This document shows, in pieces, positions 10,028 to 18,919 of a DNA stretch of 64,000 nt. A program made the position numbers and the translations under genes. Origin of the DNA: Alphaproteobacteria bacterium (GTDB lineage Bacteria; Pseudomonadota; Alphaproteobacteria; CALKHQ01); assembly GCA_965227515.1 (NCBI GenBank), contig CBDDFZ010000001.1:3488001-3552000 (forward strand). Direction: 5' to 3'. The stretch's first letter is position 1, and every line of letters starts with the position of its first letter. Below the pieces are notes generated by a model that saw only the letters and a program-made list of their open reading frames with translations, did no database searches and was not told where the DNA came from.

Positions 10028-10897
10028 CTAAGCCTTCTGCTCCCGGCGGAGGAAAAACGTGTAGACCACGGCACTGACCACCGTCAGCACCACGATGATG
10101 GCGCCGATGGCGTTGATCACCGGCGGGTGGCCGTTGGGGTTGCGCACCATCGCCCCGATCTCGGTGGAAAAGGTGCACGAGCCGCCCTTGGCGAACATGG
10201 TGGTGTTGTAGTTCTCGAACGACGACATGAACGCGATCACGCCCGCGGTGGCCAGCGCCGGCACCAGATATGGCAGCGTGATCCGCCGAAACACCCGCCA
10301 GGTCGAGGCACCCAGGTCCAGCGCCGCCTCCTCGTACTCCGGCGGCTGGCGCTGCAGGCGCGCCATGATCACCAGCATCGGGTAGCCGGCGATGAAGGTT
10401 GTCTGCGCCAGGATGATGGTGGTGAGCCCGGCGTCGACGCCGAAATTGTTCCACATCACCAGGGTCGACAGGCCAAGCACGATGCCCGGTGCGAGCATCG
10501 GCGACAGCAGCACCCACCACAGGAAGCTGTTGAACCGGGTCTGCCAGCGGGTCAGCAGGATGGCGCCGGAGAGCCCCAGCACTAGCGACAGCGGCACCAC
10601 GAAGGCGGCTACGATGAGGGAGTTGCCGAAGCAGTTGGTCAGCCGCGGACGGTCCAGGCTGCGCAGCACGCTGTCGGCGCGCAGGCCCGCATCGTCCATC
10701 CAGAAGAACGCGTACCACTTGCCGGTCAGCCCGTGCCATTCGGTGACGCTGGGCGGCGAGATGTCGTTGAACGACGCGATGATCAGCAGGATCAGCGGCG
10801 CGAACATGAACACCAGGAAGCAGCCGGTGTAGAACTTCAGCACCGTGCCGCTGGCGCCGCGCCCGGTGCGGCCTACCGTTGCCGTCATGACGCTCAT
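10028..10897 (-). CDS. ABC transporter permease, PotC-like
   Basis: EEAALDLGAS EAA loop and hydrophobic helices; ATG overlaps the upstream stop (ATGA). Confidence 0.88.
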   Translation of the reverse strand: MSVMTATVGRTGRGASGTVLKFYTGCFLVFMFAPLILLIIASFNDISPPSVTEWHGLTGKWYAFFWMDDAGLRADSVLRSLDRPRLTNCFGNSLIVAAFVVPLSLVLGLSGAILLTRWQTRFNSFLWWVLLSPMLAPGIVLGLSTLVMWNNFGVDAGLTTIILAQTTFIAGYPMLVIMARLQRQPPEYEEAALDLGASTWRVFRRITLPYLVPALATAGVIAFMSSFENYNTTMFAKGGSCTFSTEIGAMVRNPNGHPPVINAIGAIIVVLTVVSAVVYTFFLRREQKA

Positions 10898-12294
10898 GCC
10901 CGGATGAAGTCCTTCAGGCGCGCACGCACCAGCCACATGAACAGCCCGACGATGACGAAGCAAATCAGGGTGTATGCGAACGCGTACGCCGACCCCAGAT
11001 TAGCGTTCTGGGATTCGAAGAACTTGTTGTAGATCGACTGGCTGAACCACTCGCCCTGCAAGCCGCGCGAGATGATGCGCGGCACCGAGAACGCGCCCGC
11101 CGACAGCATGAAGGTCGCGATGCAGCCGACCGCGATGCCGGGTTTGGAATGCGGCACGATGATGCGCCGGTGGATACGGAAGGTGGATGCCCCCAGGTCG
11201 CGTGCCGCCTCGATCTGGTTGCGGTCGAGCGTCGCCATCACGTTGTAGAGCGGGAACACCATGAACAGGATGTACGTGTAGACGATCACTACGAACACGG
11301 TGACCGGGCTGCGCTTGAACGCGATCCCCTCCCCGTCGGAAAGATCGAGGATGCCGATGAGGTCGAGCACCTGGTTGAACACGCCATTGGCGTCGATCAG
11401 CGCCACCCAGGCGTACACCCGCATCAGCTCGACGGTGGCATATGGGATGATCAGCGCCAGGAACAGCCAGACCGCGCGCTTCGGCGTTGCCGTCAGGGCC
11501 AGATTGTACGCGATCGGATAACAGGCGATCAGCGCCAACCCGGTGGCGAGCACGGCGAAGATCACCGTGCGGATCAGGGTCGTCAGCGTGATCCGCTCGT
11601 ACACCTCCCCATCGCGCTCGTAACGCAGGCCGACCAGTTGCTGGAGCTGGGTGCCGAACTCGGCATCGGCGCGGGCGCGGGCATCATCGGTCAGCGGGAT
11701 CAGCCGCGACTGCACCATGTGCTCGAAGTTGGTCAGGCTGTAGGGGCTGACGTCGGCTTCCTCGACCAGCAGGCGCTGCTGCAGGTCGCGCGCCACCGCT
11801 TCGATCTCGACCGCCTGGGCGAACTGGGTCTCCAGATCCGCGGACTGGTCGACCGACAGAGTTGCAACGCCGTACTCCTCGTCGAGGAACAGGGTCACGT
11901 CCTCGTCGCGGATCAGCTGCTGGTGGGTGTTCGCCCGGTCGCACTGGATGATGTAGGGCAGTGCGCCGGCATCCGCCCCGCCCATGCTGGGGATGCCCAT
12001 CTCGCCCGGCGCGGGCTGATGGCTGGGCGACGGCGTGATCGACGGGATCGCCAGGCCGCCGTCATCTTCCGGCGCCGCATCCTCGCGATAGCTGTCCAGC
12101 ACGGTCTGGCAGGTGCTCGCGTCCTGCATCAGCGCGAACGCGATCGAGCTGTCGTTCTGGCGCGCGGGCGTGCGCAATGCCTGATCCAGCATCGTGATCT
12201 GCGGCAGGATGATCAGCAGCACGCCCCACAGCGCCGCGGCGGCGACGAAGAATGTCGTCAGCCCCGGCCCATAGGCGCGTACGAGCTTACGCAT
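10894..12294 (-). CDS. ABC transporter permease, PotB-like, with a large extracytoplasmic insertion
   Basis: EAARDLGAS loop and CYPIAY core; about 190 aa acidic segment after the first transmembrane helix. Confidence 0.85.
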   Translation of the reverse strand: MRKLVRAYGPGLTTFFVAAAALWGVLLIILPQITMLDQALRTPARQNDSSIAFALMQDASTCQTVLDSYREDAAPEDDGGLAIPSITPSPSHQPAPGEMGIPSMGGADAGALPYIIQCDRANTHQQLIRDEDVTLFLDEEYGVATLSVDQSADLETQFAQAVEIEAVARDLQQRLLVEEADVSPYSLTNFEHMVQSRLIPLTDDARARADAEFGTQLQQLVGLRYERDGEVYERITLTTLIRTVIFAVLATGLALIACYPIAYNLALTATPKRAVWLFLALIIPYATVELMRVYAWVALIDANGVFNQVLDLIGILDLSDGEGIAFKRSPVTVFVVIVYTYILFMVFPLYNVMATLDRNQIEAARDLGASTFRIHRRIIVPHSKPGIAVGCIATFMLSAGAFSVPRIISRGLQGEWFSQSIYNKFFESQNANLGSAYAFAYTLICFVIVGLFMWLVRARLKDFIRA

Positions 12295-12317
12295 GGTAGG
12301 CCCGACCGCGCGCTGGC

Positions 12318-13439
12318 CTAGGCATTTTCGGCCATGTCCTTGCCGGTGGCCGCCAGCGGCCCCTGAGGGAGGACGACCGCGTTCTCGCAGGCAAAGCCGA
12401 TGTGCTGGCGTCCCTCCAGGTCGCGACCGGCGGCACCCGTATTGGTCAGGTGCATGGCGATCTGACGGTCGCCGGCACGCAGGAACACGTTGACGAACGG
12501 TCCTTCCAGATCGCGACGTTCGACATCGGCATCGAGCGCGTTGCCGTACGCGCCGCCTTCGGCCTCGCCTTGCAGGCCGACATGCTCCGGCCGGACGAAC
12601 ACCATCGCCTGCGCGCCGACCGCCAGCCCGGATGGATTGCGGCCGAGAAAACGCCCCGCCGGCGTCTCGACCTGGGCCATGTCGCCCTCAAGTGCGGCGA
12701 CGTTGCCCTGGAACACGTTGGTCTCGCCAACGAAGCTGGCGACGAACGAGGTCGCCGGGCGGCTATAGACCTCATCGGCAGCCCCCACCTGCTCGACCAC
12801 GCCGTCCTTCATCACCGCGACCCGGTCGGACATGGTCAGGGCCTCGCCCTGGTCGTGGGTGATGTAGATGAAGGTGACGCCGGTCTGGCGCTGAATCGCG
12901 CGCAACTCGGCGCGCATGTGCTGGCGCAACTTAAGGTCCAACGCCGACAACGGCTCGTCCAGCAACAGCACCGCCGGCTCGACCGCCAGTGCGCGGGCAA
13001 TCGCCACCCGCTGCCGCTGCCCGCCGGAAAGCTCGGTCGGCTTCTTTGTGCCCTGTCCGCCCAGCGCCACCAGGTCCAGCAGCTCCATGGCGCGCTGCTT
13101 GCGCTTCGCCTTGGAGACGCCGCGGGACTCGAGCCCGAAGGCCACGTTCTCCCACACCGTCATCAGCGGGAACAATGCCAGGTTCTGGAAGATCAGCGCG
13201 GTCGGCCGCGCATTGGGGCCGGAGCGACCCATGTCCTCGCCGCCGATCAGGATGCGGCCTGCACTCGGCTGAATGAAGCCGGAGATGGCGCGCAGGATCG
13301 TGGTCTTGCCGCAGCCCGAAGGCCCGAGGATGGAAAAGAACTCGCCGGCGGCGACGGTCAGCGAGGTCGGCTGCACCGCGGTGAAGCCGTTGGGATAGGT
13401 AATCCGGAGCTCGTCGAGGACGACGTCGTTGCCACGCAT
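12318..13439 (-). CDS. ABC transporter ATP-binding protein, PotA-like
   Basis: GPSGCGKTT, LSGGQRQR, LLLDEPLSALD, ITHDQGEAL; TOBE-like C-terminus. Confidence 0.92.
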   Translation of the reverse strand: MRGNDVVLDELRITYPNGFTAVQPTSLTVAAGEFFSILGPSGCGKTTILRAISGFIQPSAGRILIGGEDMGRSGPNARPTALIFQNLALFPLMTVWENVAFGLESRGVSKAKRKQRAMELLDLVALGGQGTKKPTELSGGQRQRVAIARALAVEPAVLLLDEPLSALDLKLRQHMRAELRAIQRQTGVTFIYITHDQGEALTMSDRVAVMKDGVVEQVGAADEVYSRPATSFVASFVGETNVFQGNVAALEGDMAQVETPAGRFLGRNPSGLAVGAQAMVFVRPEHVGLQGEAEGGAYGNALDADVERRDLEGPFVNVFLRAGDRQIAMHLTNTGAAGRDLEGRQHIGFACENAVVLPQGPLAATGKDMAENA

Positions 13440-13481
13440 GCCTCAAGCCCCCATCACGTCGGCACGTGAGTTCCCGGCGAG

Positions 13482-13509
13482 CGGGCGGCGAGCCAAGACC
13501 CGCCGCCCG
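13482..13509. terminator. GC-rich hairpin downstream of the binding-protein gene (mRNA stabiliser or partial terminator)
   Basis: CGGGCGGCG-N10-CGCCGCCCG; no T run. Confidence 0.5.
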
Positions 13510-13516
13510 ACCCGGC

Positions 13517-14647
13517 TCAGGCGTTGGTGATGATCTCGACGAATTCGTCGCGGACCGGTGCGAAGAATGCGGTGTCGGCCTGCCACCACCACATATTGCT
13601 CAGCACGTCCGGCCGGTAGACCTCGTTGAACTGCTGCTTGAACTCGTCGGAGGCGTAGTCGGCCGCGCCCGCAACCGCGGAGTTGTAGCCGGTGTTGTTG
13701 GCGAACATGCCGCCGACCTCCGGGGTCAGCATGAAGTTGATGAAGGCGTACGCCTGCTCCACGTTCTCCGCGCCCGAGGTCAGGCCGATGGAGTCCATCC
13801 AGGTGATGATGCCTTCCTTCGGCGCGCGATAGACGTAGTTGGCATCCTCGCGGTTCAGCAGCAGGCCAGTGGTGTCCCAGGTCTGCCCGATCACGCAGCC
13901 GGCGTCCTTGAACGCGCCGGTCGCCTCGGTGGCGTTGTTCCAGAAGGCGCCGAAATTGGCCTTGTGCTCGATGATGTACTCGGTGACCGCACCCCACACC
14001 CGGCGCGCATCCTCTTCGGACTTGTAGACGTCGAGCATGCGGTTGGACGGCACGTCGCCGGTCGCGTCCAGGTAGAGGCCGGTGCCCATGATCGCCGACT
14101 TCTGGCGGAATGCCGCGGCACCCGCCGCCTCCGGCCGCCACAGGTCGCCGAACGACAGGTCCTCGTCGGAAATGTCGAGCGCGCCGCGGTTCAGCGTGAT
14201 GCCCTCGGTGCCCCAGTCGAACGGGATCAGGTAGCGGTCGCCGCCGATGGTGGCGCCCAGCGCGATGGAGTCGCGCAGGAACGACGGGATCACCGCGTCC
14301 AGATTGGCCTTGGACTCGTCGATCGCGCCCAGCCAGGTGCCGTTCGGCGCGTCCGCATCGTCGTACCCCGGCCGGTTGGTGATCGACGGCATGATGACGT
14401 CGAAGCCCTTGCCGCCATTGGCGCGCAGGGTCGACTCCGCCTCGTCGTTGGAACCGAACGTGGTCAGGTTCAGCGTGATGCCGGTGTCCGCCTCGAACTT
14501 CTCGGCGATGTTCGGCTGGATGTAGTCCTGCCAGGCGAACACGTTGACCGCGCCTGACGAGGCAAGCGCATCGTGGGCGCGCAGAACGGCAGGTGCCGCA
14601 ACCGCGGCCGCCGCGCCCTTCAGGACGGTACGACGGGACATGGACAT
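13517..14647 (-). CDS. ABC transporter substrate-binding protein, PotD/PotF-like, Tat-exported
   Basis: Twin-arginine SRRTVLK; FAWQDYI, PFDWGTEG, PKEG...WMD, AYAFINFM. Confidence 0.9.
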   Translation of the reverse strand: MSMSRRTVLKGAAAAVAAPAVLRAHDALASSGAVNVFAWQDYIQPNIAEKFEADTGITLNLTTFGSNDEAESTLRANGGKGFDVIMPSITNRPGYDDADAPNGTWLGAIDESKANLDAVIPSFLRDSIALGATIGGDRYLIPFDWGTEGITLNRGALDISDEDLSFGDLWRPEAAGAAAFRQKSAIMGTGLYLDATGDVPSNRMLDVYKSEEDARRVWGAVTEYIIEHKANFGAFWNNATEATGAFKDAGCVIGQTWDTTGLLLNREDANYVYRAPKEGIITWMDSIGLTSGAENVEQAYAFINFMLTPEVGGMFANNTGYNSAVAGAADYASDEFKQQFNEVYRPDVLSNMWWWQADTAFFAPVRDEFVEIITNA

Positions 14648-14738
14648 GGTGGATCTCCCCTGAGGAACGGAAATTTTGGAGTCTTGATGACGAGCAGGCT
14701 GCTACCGCGCCTCCTTTAACAACGTCACGTGCACCTTC

Positions 14739-14779
14739 TATTGCATTATTGTGACACTTTTATTGCGGATCGTGACACT
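14739..14779 (-). promoter_or_regulatory. Tandem direct repeat, degenerate Pho-box-like, upstream of the ABC operon
   Basis: Minus strand reads AGTGTCAC-GATCC-GCAATA-AA-AGTGTCAC-AATAAT-GCAATA; the second unit fits 7-4-7 spacing (GTGTCAC-AATA-ATGCAAT). Confidence 0.5.
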
Positions 14780-14826
14780 CTCTTGACGCTGCCGAAAAGC
14801 CATTTTCCAGGGGACAATTGGCCCTG

Positions 14827-14844
14827 CTGTCATTCCACTGTCAT
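14827..14844 (+). promoter_or_regulatory. Pho box (PhoB binding site)
   Basis: CTGTCAT-TCCA-CTGTCAT: two consensus half-sites at 11-bp period, 83 nt before the hydrolase ATG. Confidence 0.85.
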
Positions 14845-14927
14845 GGCAATTGGTTAGACGGCAATGTTCCCAGCAACGGCGAGCTGCCATGCTGGCCTGC
14901 ATCTCCTGCACACGGGTTGGAACCGCG

Positions 14928-16436
14928 ATGAACGTCCTCCTGATCACTTGCGACCAATGGCGCGGCGACTGCCTTTCGGCGGTCGGCCATCCCGTCGTCA
15001 GAACGCCGAATGCCGACCGGCTGGCAGCGCGCGGCACCTTGTTCGAGCGCCACTATTGCCAGGCGGCGCCATGCTCGCCGGCCCGCGCATCGCTGCTGAC
15101 CGGGCTCTACCAGATGAACCACCGGGTCTGCCGCAACGGCACGCCGCTGGACGCGCGCCACGACAACCTGGCGCTGGCCGCCCGGCGCCATGGCTACAAT
15201 CCCGTGCTGTTCGGCTACACTGATACCGGTGTCGATCCGCGCACCTGCAGCCCGGCCGACCCGCGCACCCGCACCTATGAGGGCGTGCTGCCCGGCTTCC
15301 ATGCCGAGCAATTGCTGCCTGAGTCGTCGGAGCCTTGGTTGGCCTGGTTGAGACGCAAGGGCGTGCCGGTGCCCGAGACCGGGCTGGACGTCTACCTGCC
15401 CGAGGATGGCGCCATCGACCCGCCCACCGGTGCGCCCGTGCGCCATCCGGCCGAGGCAACGGAAGCCGCGTTTCTGGCCGAGGCCTGCATGGACTACATC
15501 GGCGAAATGGGGGCGACGCCCTGGTTCGCGCATGTCAGCTTCCTGCGCCCGCATCCACCGTTCACCGCGCCGGCGCCCTACAACAAGATGGTCTCGCCAG
15601 ACGAGGCGCCGGACTTCGTGCGCGCGCCCTCCATTGACGCCGAGCGCGCATCGCACCCATTCGTCAACGGCGCGCTCGCCATGATCGAGAAGGGCGACTT
15701 CATTCGCGGCGCGACGGGACTGGCGGCGGACTGGGACGACGACGCGCGCCGGCAGATCCGCGCCACCTACTACGGACTGGTCGCCGAGGCGGATGCGCAG
15801 GTCGGGCGCCTGCTCGACTTCCTGGAGGAAACCCGCCAGCTCGACGACACGCTGGTGGTGCTGACCACCGACCACGGCGAGATGCTGGGCGACCACTACC
15901 TGTTCGGCAAGCTCGGCTATTTCGACCAGGCCTTCCACATTCCGCTGATCGTCGCCGGACCCAATGTGGCGCGCGGGCACCGGGTCAACGCTTTCACCGA
16001 GTCCGTCGACGTGACACCGACTGTGATCGCCCACATGGGCGAGACGCCGCCGCGCGCGATGGACGGGCGGTCTCTGGCGCCGTTCCTGTCAGGCGGTGCA
16101 CCGGGCCAGTGGCGCGACTGCGCGCATTGGGAGTTCGATTTTCGGGAAGTGGCAAACCCGGCCGTTCAGGCGGCCATCGGCCTGCCCATCGACGACTGCG
16201 CTCTGGCGGTGATCCGCGATGAGCGCTTCAAGTATGTGCATTTCACTGCGCTGCCGCCGTTGCTGTTCGACCTGGCCAACGACCCGGGCGAACTGAACAA
16301 CCTGGCGGACGATCCCACCCATGCGTCCACGCGGGTTATCTATGCCGAGAAAATGCTGTCGTGGCGCGCCCGCCATCTGGACCGCACACTGACCGGCATC
16401 GAATTACACCCCGACGGGATGGTCAGTTTGCCTTGA
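14928..16436 (+). CDS. Phosphonate monoester hydrolase/phosphodiesterase-like enzyme (formylglycine sulfatase, alkaline phosphatase superfamily)
   Basis: NVLLITCDQWRGD, CSPARASLLTG, YQMNHR..NGTPLD, LFGYTD, RPHPPF, TDHGEMLGDH, KYVHFTALPPLLFDL: pattern of PMH/PehA-type enzymes; upstream Pho box. Confidence 0.82.
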   Translation: MNVLLITCDQWRGDCLSAVGHPVVRTPNADRLAARGTLFERHYCQAAPCSPARASLLTGLYQMNHRVCRNGTPLDARHDNLALAARRHGYNPVLFGYTDTGVDPRTCSPADPRTRTYEGVLPGFHAEQLLPESSEPWLAWLRRKGVPVPETGLDVYLPEDGAIDPPTGAPVRHPAEATEAAFLAEACMDYIGEMGATPWFAHVSFLRPHPPFTAPAPYNKMVSPDEAPDFVRAPSIDAERASHPFVNGALAMIEKGDFIRGATGLAADWDDDARRQIRATYYGLVAEADAQVGRLLDFLEETRQLDDTLVVLTTDHGEMLGDHYLFGKLGYFDQAFHIPLIVAGPNVARGHRVNAFTESVDVTPTVIAHMGETPPRAMDGRSLAPFLSGGAPGQWRDCAHWEFDFREVANPAVQAAIGLPIDDCALAVIRDERFKYVHFTALPPLLFDLANDPGELNNLADDPTHASTRVIYAEKMLSWRARHLDRTLTGIELHPDGMVSLP

Positions 16437-16459
16437 GTCCGCTGTCGCTCAGCAGACTG

Positions 16460-16930
16460 TTAGATCGGCGTTGCGGGCGGCCCGCCAAGTGTCGTCTCGT
16501 TATCGCTGTCCAGCGGCCCCGGCCCCAAGCCGGGCGCGGCCGCCGGCGTCACGGGACCAGCCGCGGGTGCAGGCCCGGCCGCCGGCTCCGCTCCAGCCAG
16601 CAAGCAGGCGGAGGTGAAACTGTCCACCAGTTCTGGCGCCAACACCGCCTGGGCCGTCGCCACGATATCGAACACAGCCTCGCTGCTGATGCTGCAGCAC
16701 GACGTCGCCAATGCCTCCAACTCCGCCGCCGTGGCGGAACCGATGGCGCCTGACGGCGCGCATATGCCGCCGCTGGCAAATACCGTTGGGTCGACATTGC
16801 CCCCCTGGGGCAACGGCTCGTCCGACTGAGTGATCCCTGGCAAGTCTTGCGCAAGCGCCTGCCCGGCGAACACCGCCAAGACCGGCACCAGGCATCCCAC
16901 TGCAAATCTGCGGCCCAGTTGCATCTGCAT
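16460..16930 (-). CDS. Hypothetical secreted protein, Cys-containing core with Pro/Ala-rich tail
   Basis: RBS-like AAGGGGAAG before MQMQLGRRF; signal peptide ending AGQALA; four Cys in the mature part; PAAGP repeats. Confidence 0.65.
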   Translation of the reverse strand: MQMQLGRRFAVGCLVPVLAVFAGQALAQDLPGITQSDEPLPQGGNVDPTVFASGGICAPSGAIGSATAAELEALATSCCSISSEAVFDIVATAQAVLAPELVDSFTSACLLAGAEPAAGPAPAAGPVTPAAAPGLGPGPLDSDNETTLGGPPATPI

Positions 16931-17026
16931 CTCACTTCCCCCTTGCAGTCCTACCTGCATGTCAGTTCGGGTACGCGAAACCTCGTACGCCTGACGACAC
17001 CGGCACGCCTGGCCGGCAGACAACGG

Positions 17027-18547
17027 TCAATCGATCGTTGGATCGCGCCACGCCGCCGTCGCACCGCGCAGCAGCAACTTGATATCCAACAAGAGTGACC
17101 AATTCCTGATATAGGCGATGTCCAAGTCCAAACGATGGCGCAAGTGCTCATCAGAGTCCACAATTCCGCGGAAGCCGGCAATCTGCGCCATGCCGATCAG
17201 GCCAGGCCGCATCCGATACCGCGCCATGTAATCGGCATAGATTTCGGAAACCAGCCGCCCGTCGTGCATCATGTTCTCAGGGTGCGGGCGTGGGCCCACG
17301 ATCGACATCTCGCCCAGCAACACGTTGAAGAGCTGCGGCAGCTCATCCAGGCTATACTTCCGCAACACGCGGCCGACCCGCGTGATGCGCGCATCGCCGC
17401 GCGCGGTCTGCCGGGTGCCCGTCGTGTCGCAGTCCGTCGACTGCATCGACCGGAATTTCCAGACCCTGAAGGTGTTGCCGTTGAAGCCGCGACGGGTCTG
17501 CCGGTAGAAGACCGGGCCGGGCGAGTCCAGCTTGATTGCGATGGCCGCCGCGATCATAAGCGGCGCCAGCAGCAGCAACAGCAATGCGGCACCGACGCGA
17601 TCCTCTGCCATCTTCAGCAGTCGGGCCGAGCGGCGCGCCATCGGCCACTCAGACAGGCGACGGCCAATGCCGGTGCGCGGCGCGTCGGCGGAGCCGGCGG
17701 CCCCGGCGAGCGCCATGCTGTCGTCGGCGGCATGCACCAGCACGGGCATCATGCGCAGGCGCTCGGCCAGCATGTCGATCCGCTGGCCCGCATGACCTGG
17801 CAACGCGACAAAGACATGGGTGACGCCGAACCGGTTGACCAGTTCTCGAATGTTGTCGACATCGCCCAGCAGAGGCCCGACACGATCCGCGTCGATACGG
17901 GTGCGGCGGTCGTCCACGAACCCCACCAATTCGATGCCGCTGGCGTGCTGCCGTGCCTGTTGCGCGGCAAACTGGCGGCCCTCCTCGCCCGCGCCCACCA
18001 CCACCGCACGGGCGATCGGCCTCACCCGCACACGGCCGCTGCGCAACGCGGCGCAGAACGCCGCACGAAGACCAGCGACGATCGGCGCCCCCACAACAGC
18101 AGCCGCCGCGGCATTGGCGGCGGAGGTGGCAAGGTCGCCGGTCACGACAGCCGCCACCGCGAGCGCGAACGCGCAAGTGCTCAGCCAGATGGCCACGCCG
18201 CGTCCGACCGATACCGGCCGACACACGTCCAGCCCGGCGTCCCGCCACATCCAGGCCAGACACGCGATTGCGAACGCCGCGGGCACGCCCGCCAGCCAAG
18301 TTGCGTGCTGATACCAGTGGATCGTGGCGATCTGGTCGCCGCCAAACATCCCTGGCGCCGCGAAGCCCCAGGTTGTCAGCACGACCGCGAGAAGCAGCGC
18401 CTCAAGGCCGAAAGCGACCTCATACGAAAGGCGTGGCCAGGCAACGGCGCCTGAAGTCCGGATGTTACGCTGAGACGAAGACCGACGCGGCGAAGCAAGC
18501 GACGCCAACGCACCTGTGGGTTCATCCTGCACGGACACAGAATACAT
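17027..18547 (-). CDS. Polyprenyl-phosphate priming glycosylphosphotransferase (WcaJ/CpsE type)
   Basis: N-terminal TM helices, VVVGAG/VGFVDD domain, KFRSM, SLDELPQLFNVL, SIVGPRP, DIAYIRNWS. Confidence 0.92.
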   Translation of the reverse strand: MYSVSVQDEPTGALASLASPRRSSSQRNIRTSGAVAWPRLSYEVAFGLEALLLAVVLTTWGFAAPGMFGGDQIATIHWYQHATWLAGVPAAFAIACLAWMWRDAGLDVCRPVSVGRGVAIWLSTCAFALAVAAVVTGDLATSAANAAAAAVVGAPIVAGLRAAFCAALRSGRVRVRPIARAVVVGAGEEGRQFAAQQARQHASGIELVGFVDDRRTRIDADRVGPLLGDVDNIRELVNRFGVTHVFVALPGHAGQRIDMLAERLRMMPVLVHAADDSMALAGAAGSADAPRTGIGRRLSEWPMARRSARLLKMAEDRVGAALLLLLLAPLMIAAAIAIKLDSPGPVFYRQTRRGFNGNTFRVWKFRSMQSTDCDTTGTRQTARGDARITRVGRVLRKYSLDELPQLFNVLLGEMSIVGPRPHPENMMHDGRLVSEIYADYMARYRMRPGLIGMAQIAGFRGIVDSDEHLRHRLDLDIAYIRNWSLLLDIKLLLRGATAAWRDPTID

Positions 18548-18919
18548 TCCCTCGAAAAACCGCGGGGACTGCCTACCTGTCGCCCGCTATCGCTATTTGA
18601 CGTTCAGCCCTCGTCAGGGGACGTCCAGAGCCGTCCGAACAGGCTCGTTGACACGTTGAAAAATCATAACGAAAAATTTAGACTAACACAAGGTCAATTC
18701 AAGGAATTTCGTTTTGATTTGAGGCAGTTGCGCGCCGCGGCATTAACCAAATTTCCGTTAGTTGGCGATCATATTTTCGCCCACCCGGATCTTCGTTTTG
18801 CGTCTAGACATCGCGCGCCAACCCTGGGCACCGGCGCAACCAAGGCCGTCGTGCCGCACTCGCACCGCGCCGGCCCGCACCATGGCGTTTGACATACACA
18901 GGCAATACGGACGATCAAC

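Noticed and set aside
14928-16436. Calling the hydrolase choline sulfatase BetC
   Set aside because: The motifs and the Pho box fit the phosphonate monoester hydrolase branch better, and the gene is outside the bet operon.
18548-18919. AT-rich gap as a possible riboswitch, small ORF or CtrA site
   Set aside because: No recognisable RNA motif, and only a TTAACC half-site without the TTAA-N7-TTAA partner; most simply a divergent promoter region.
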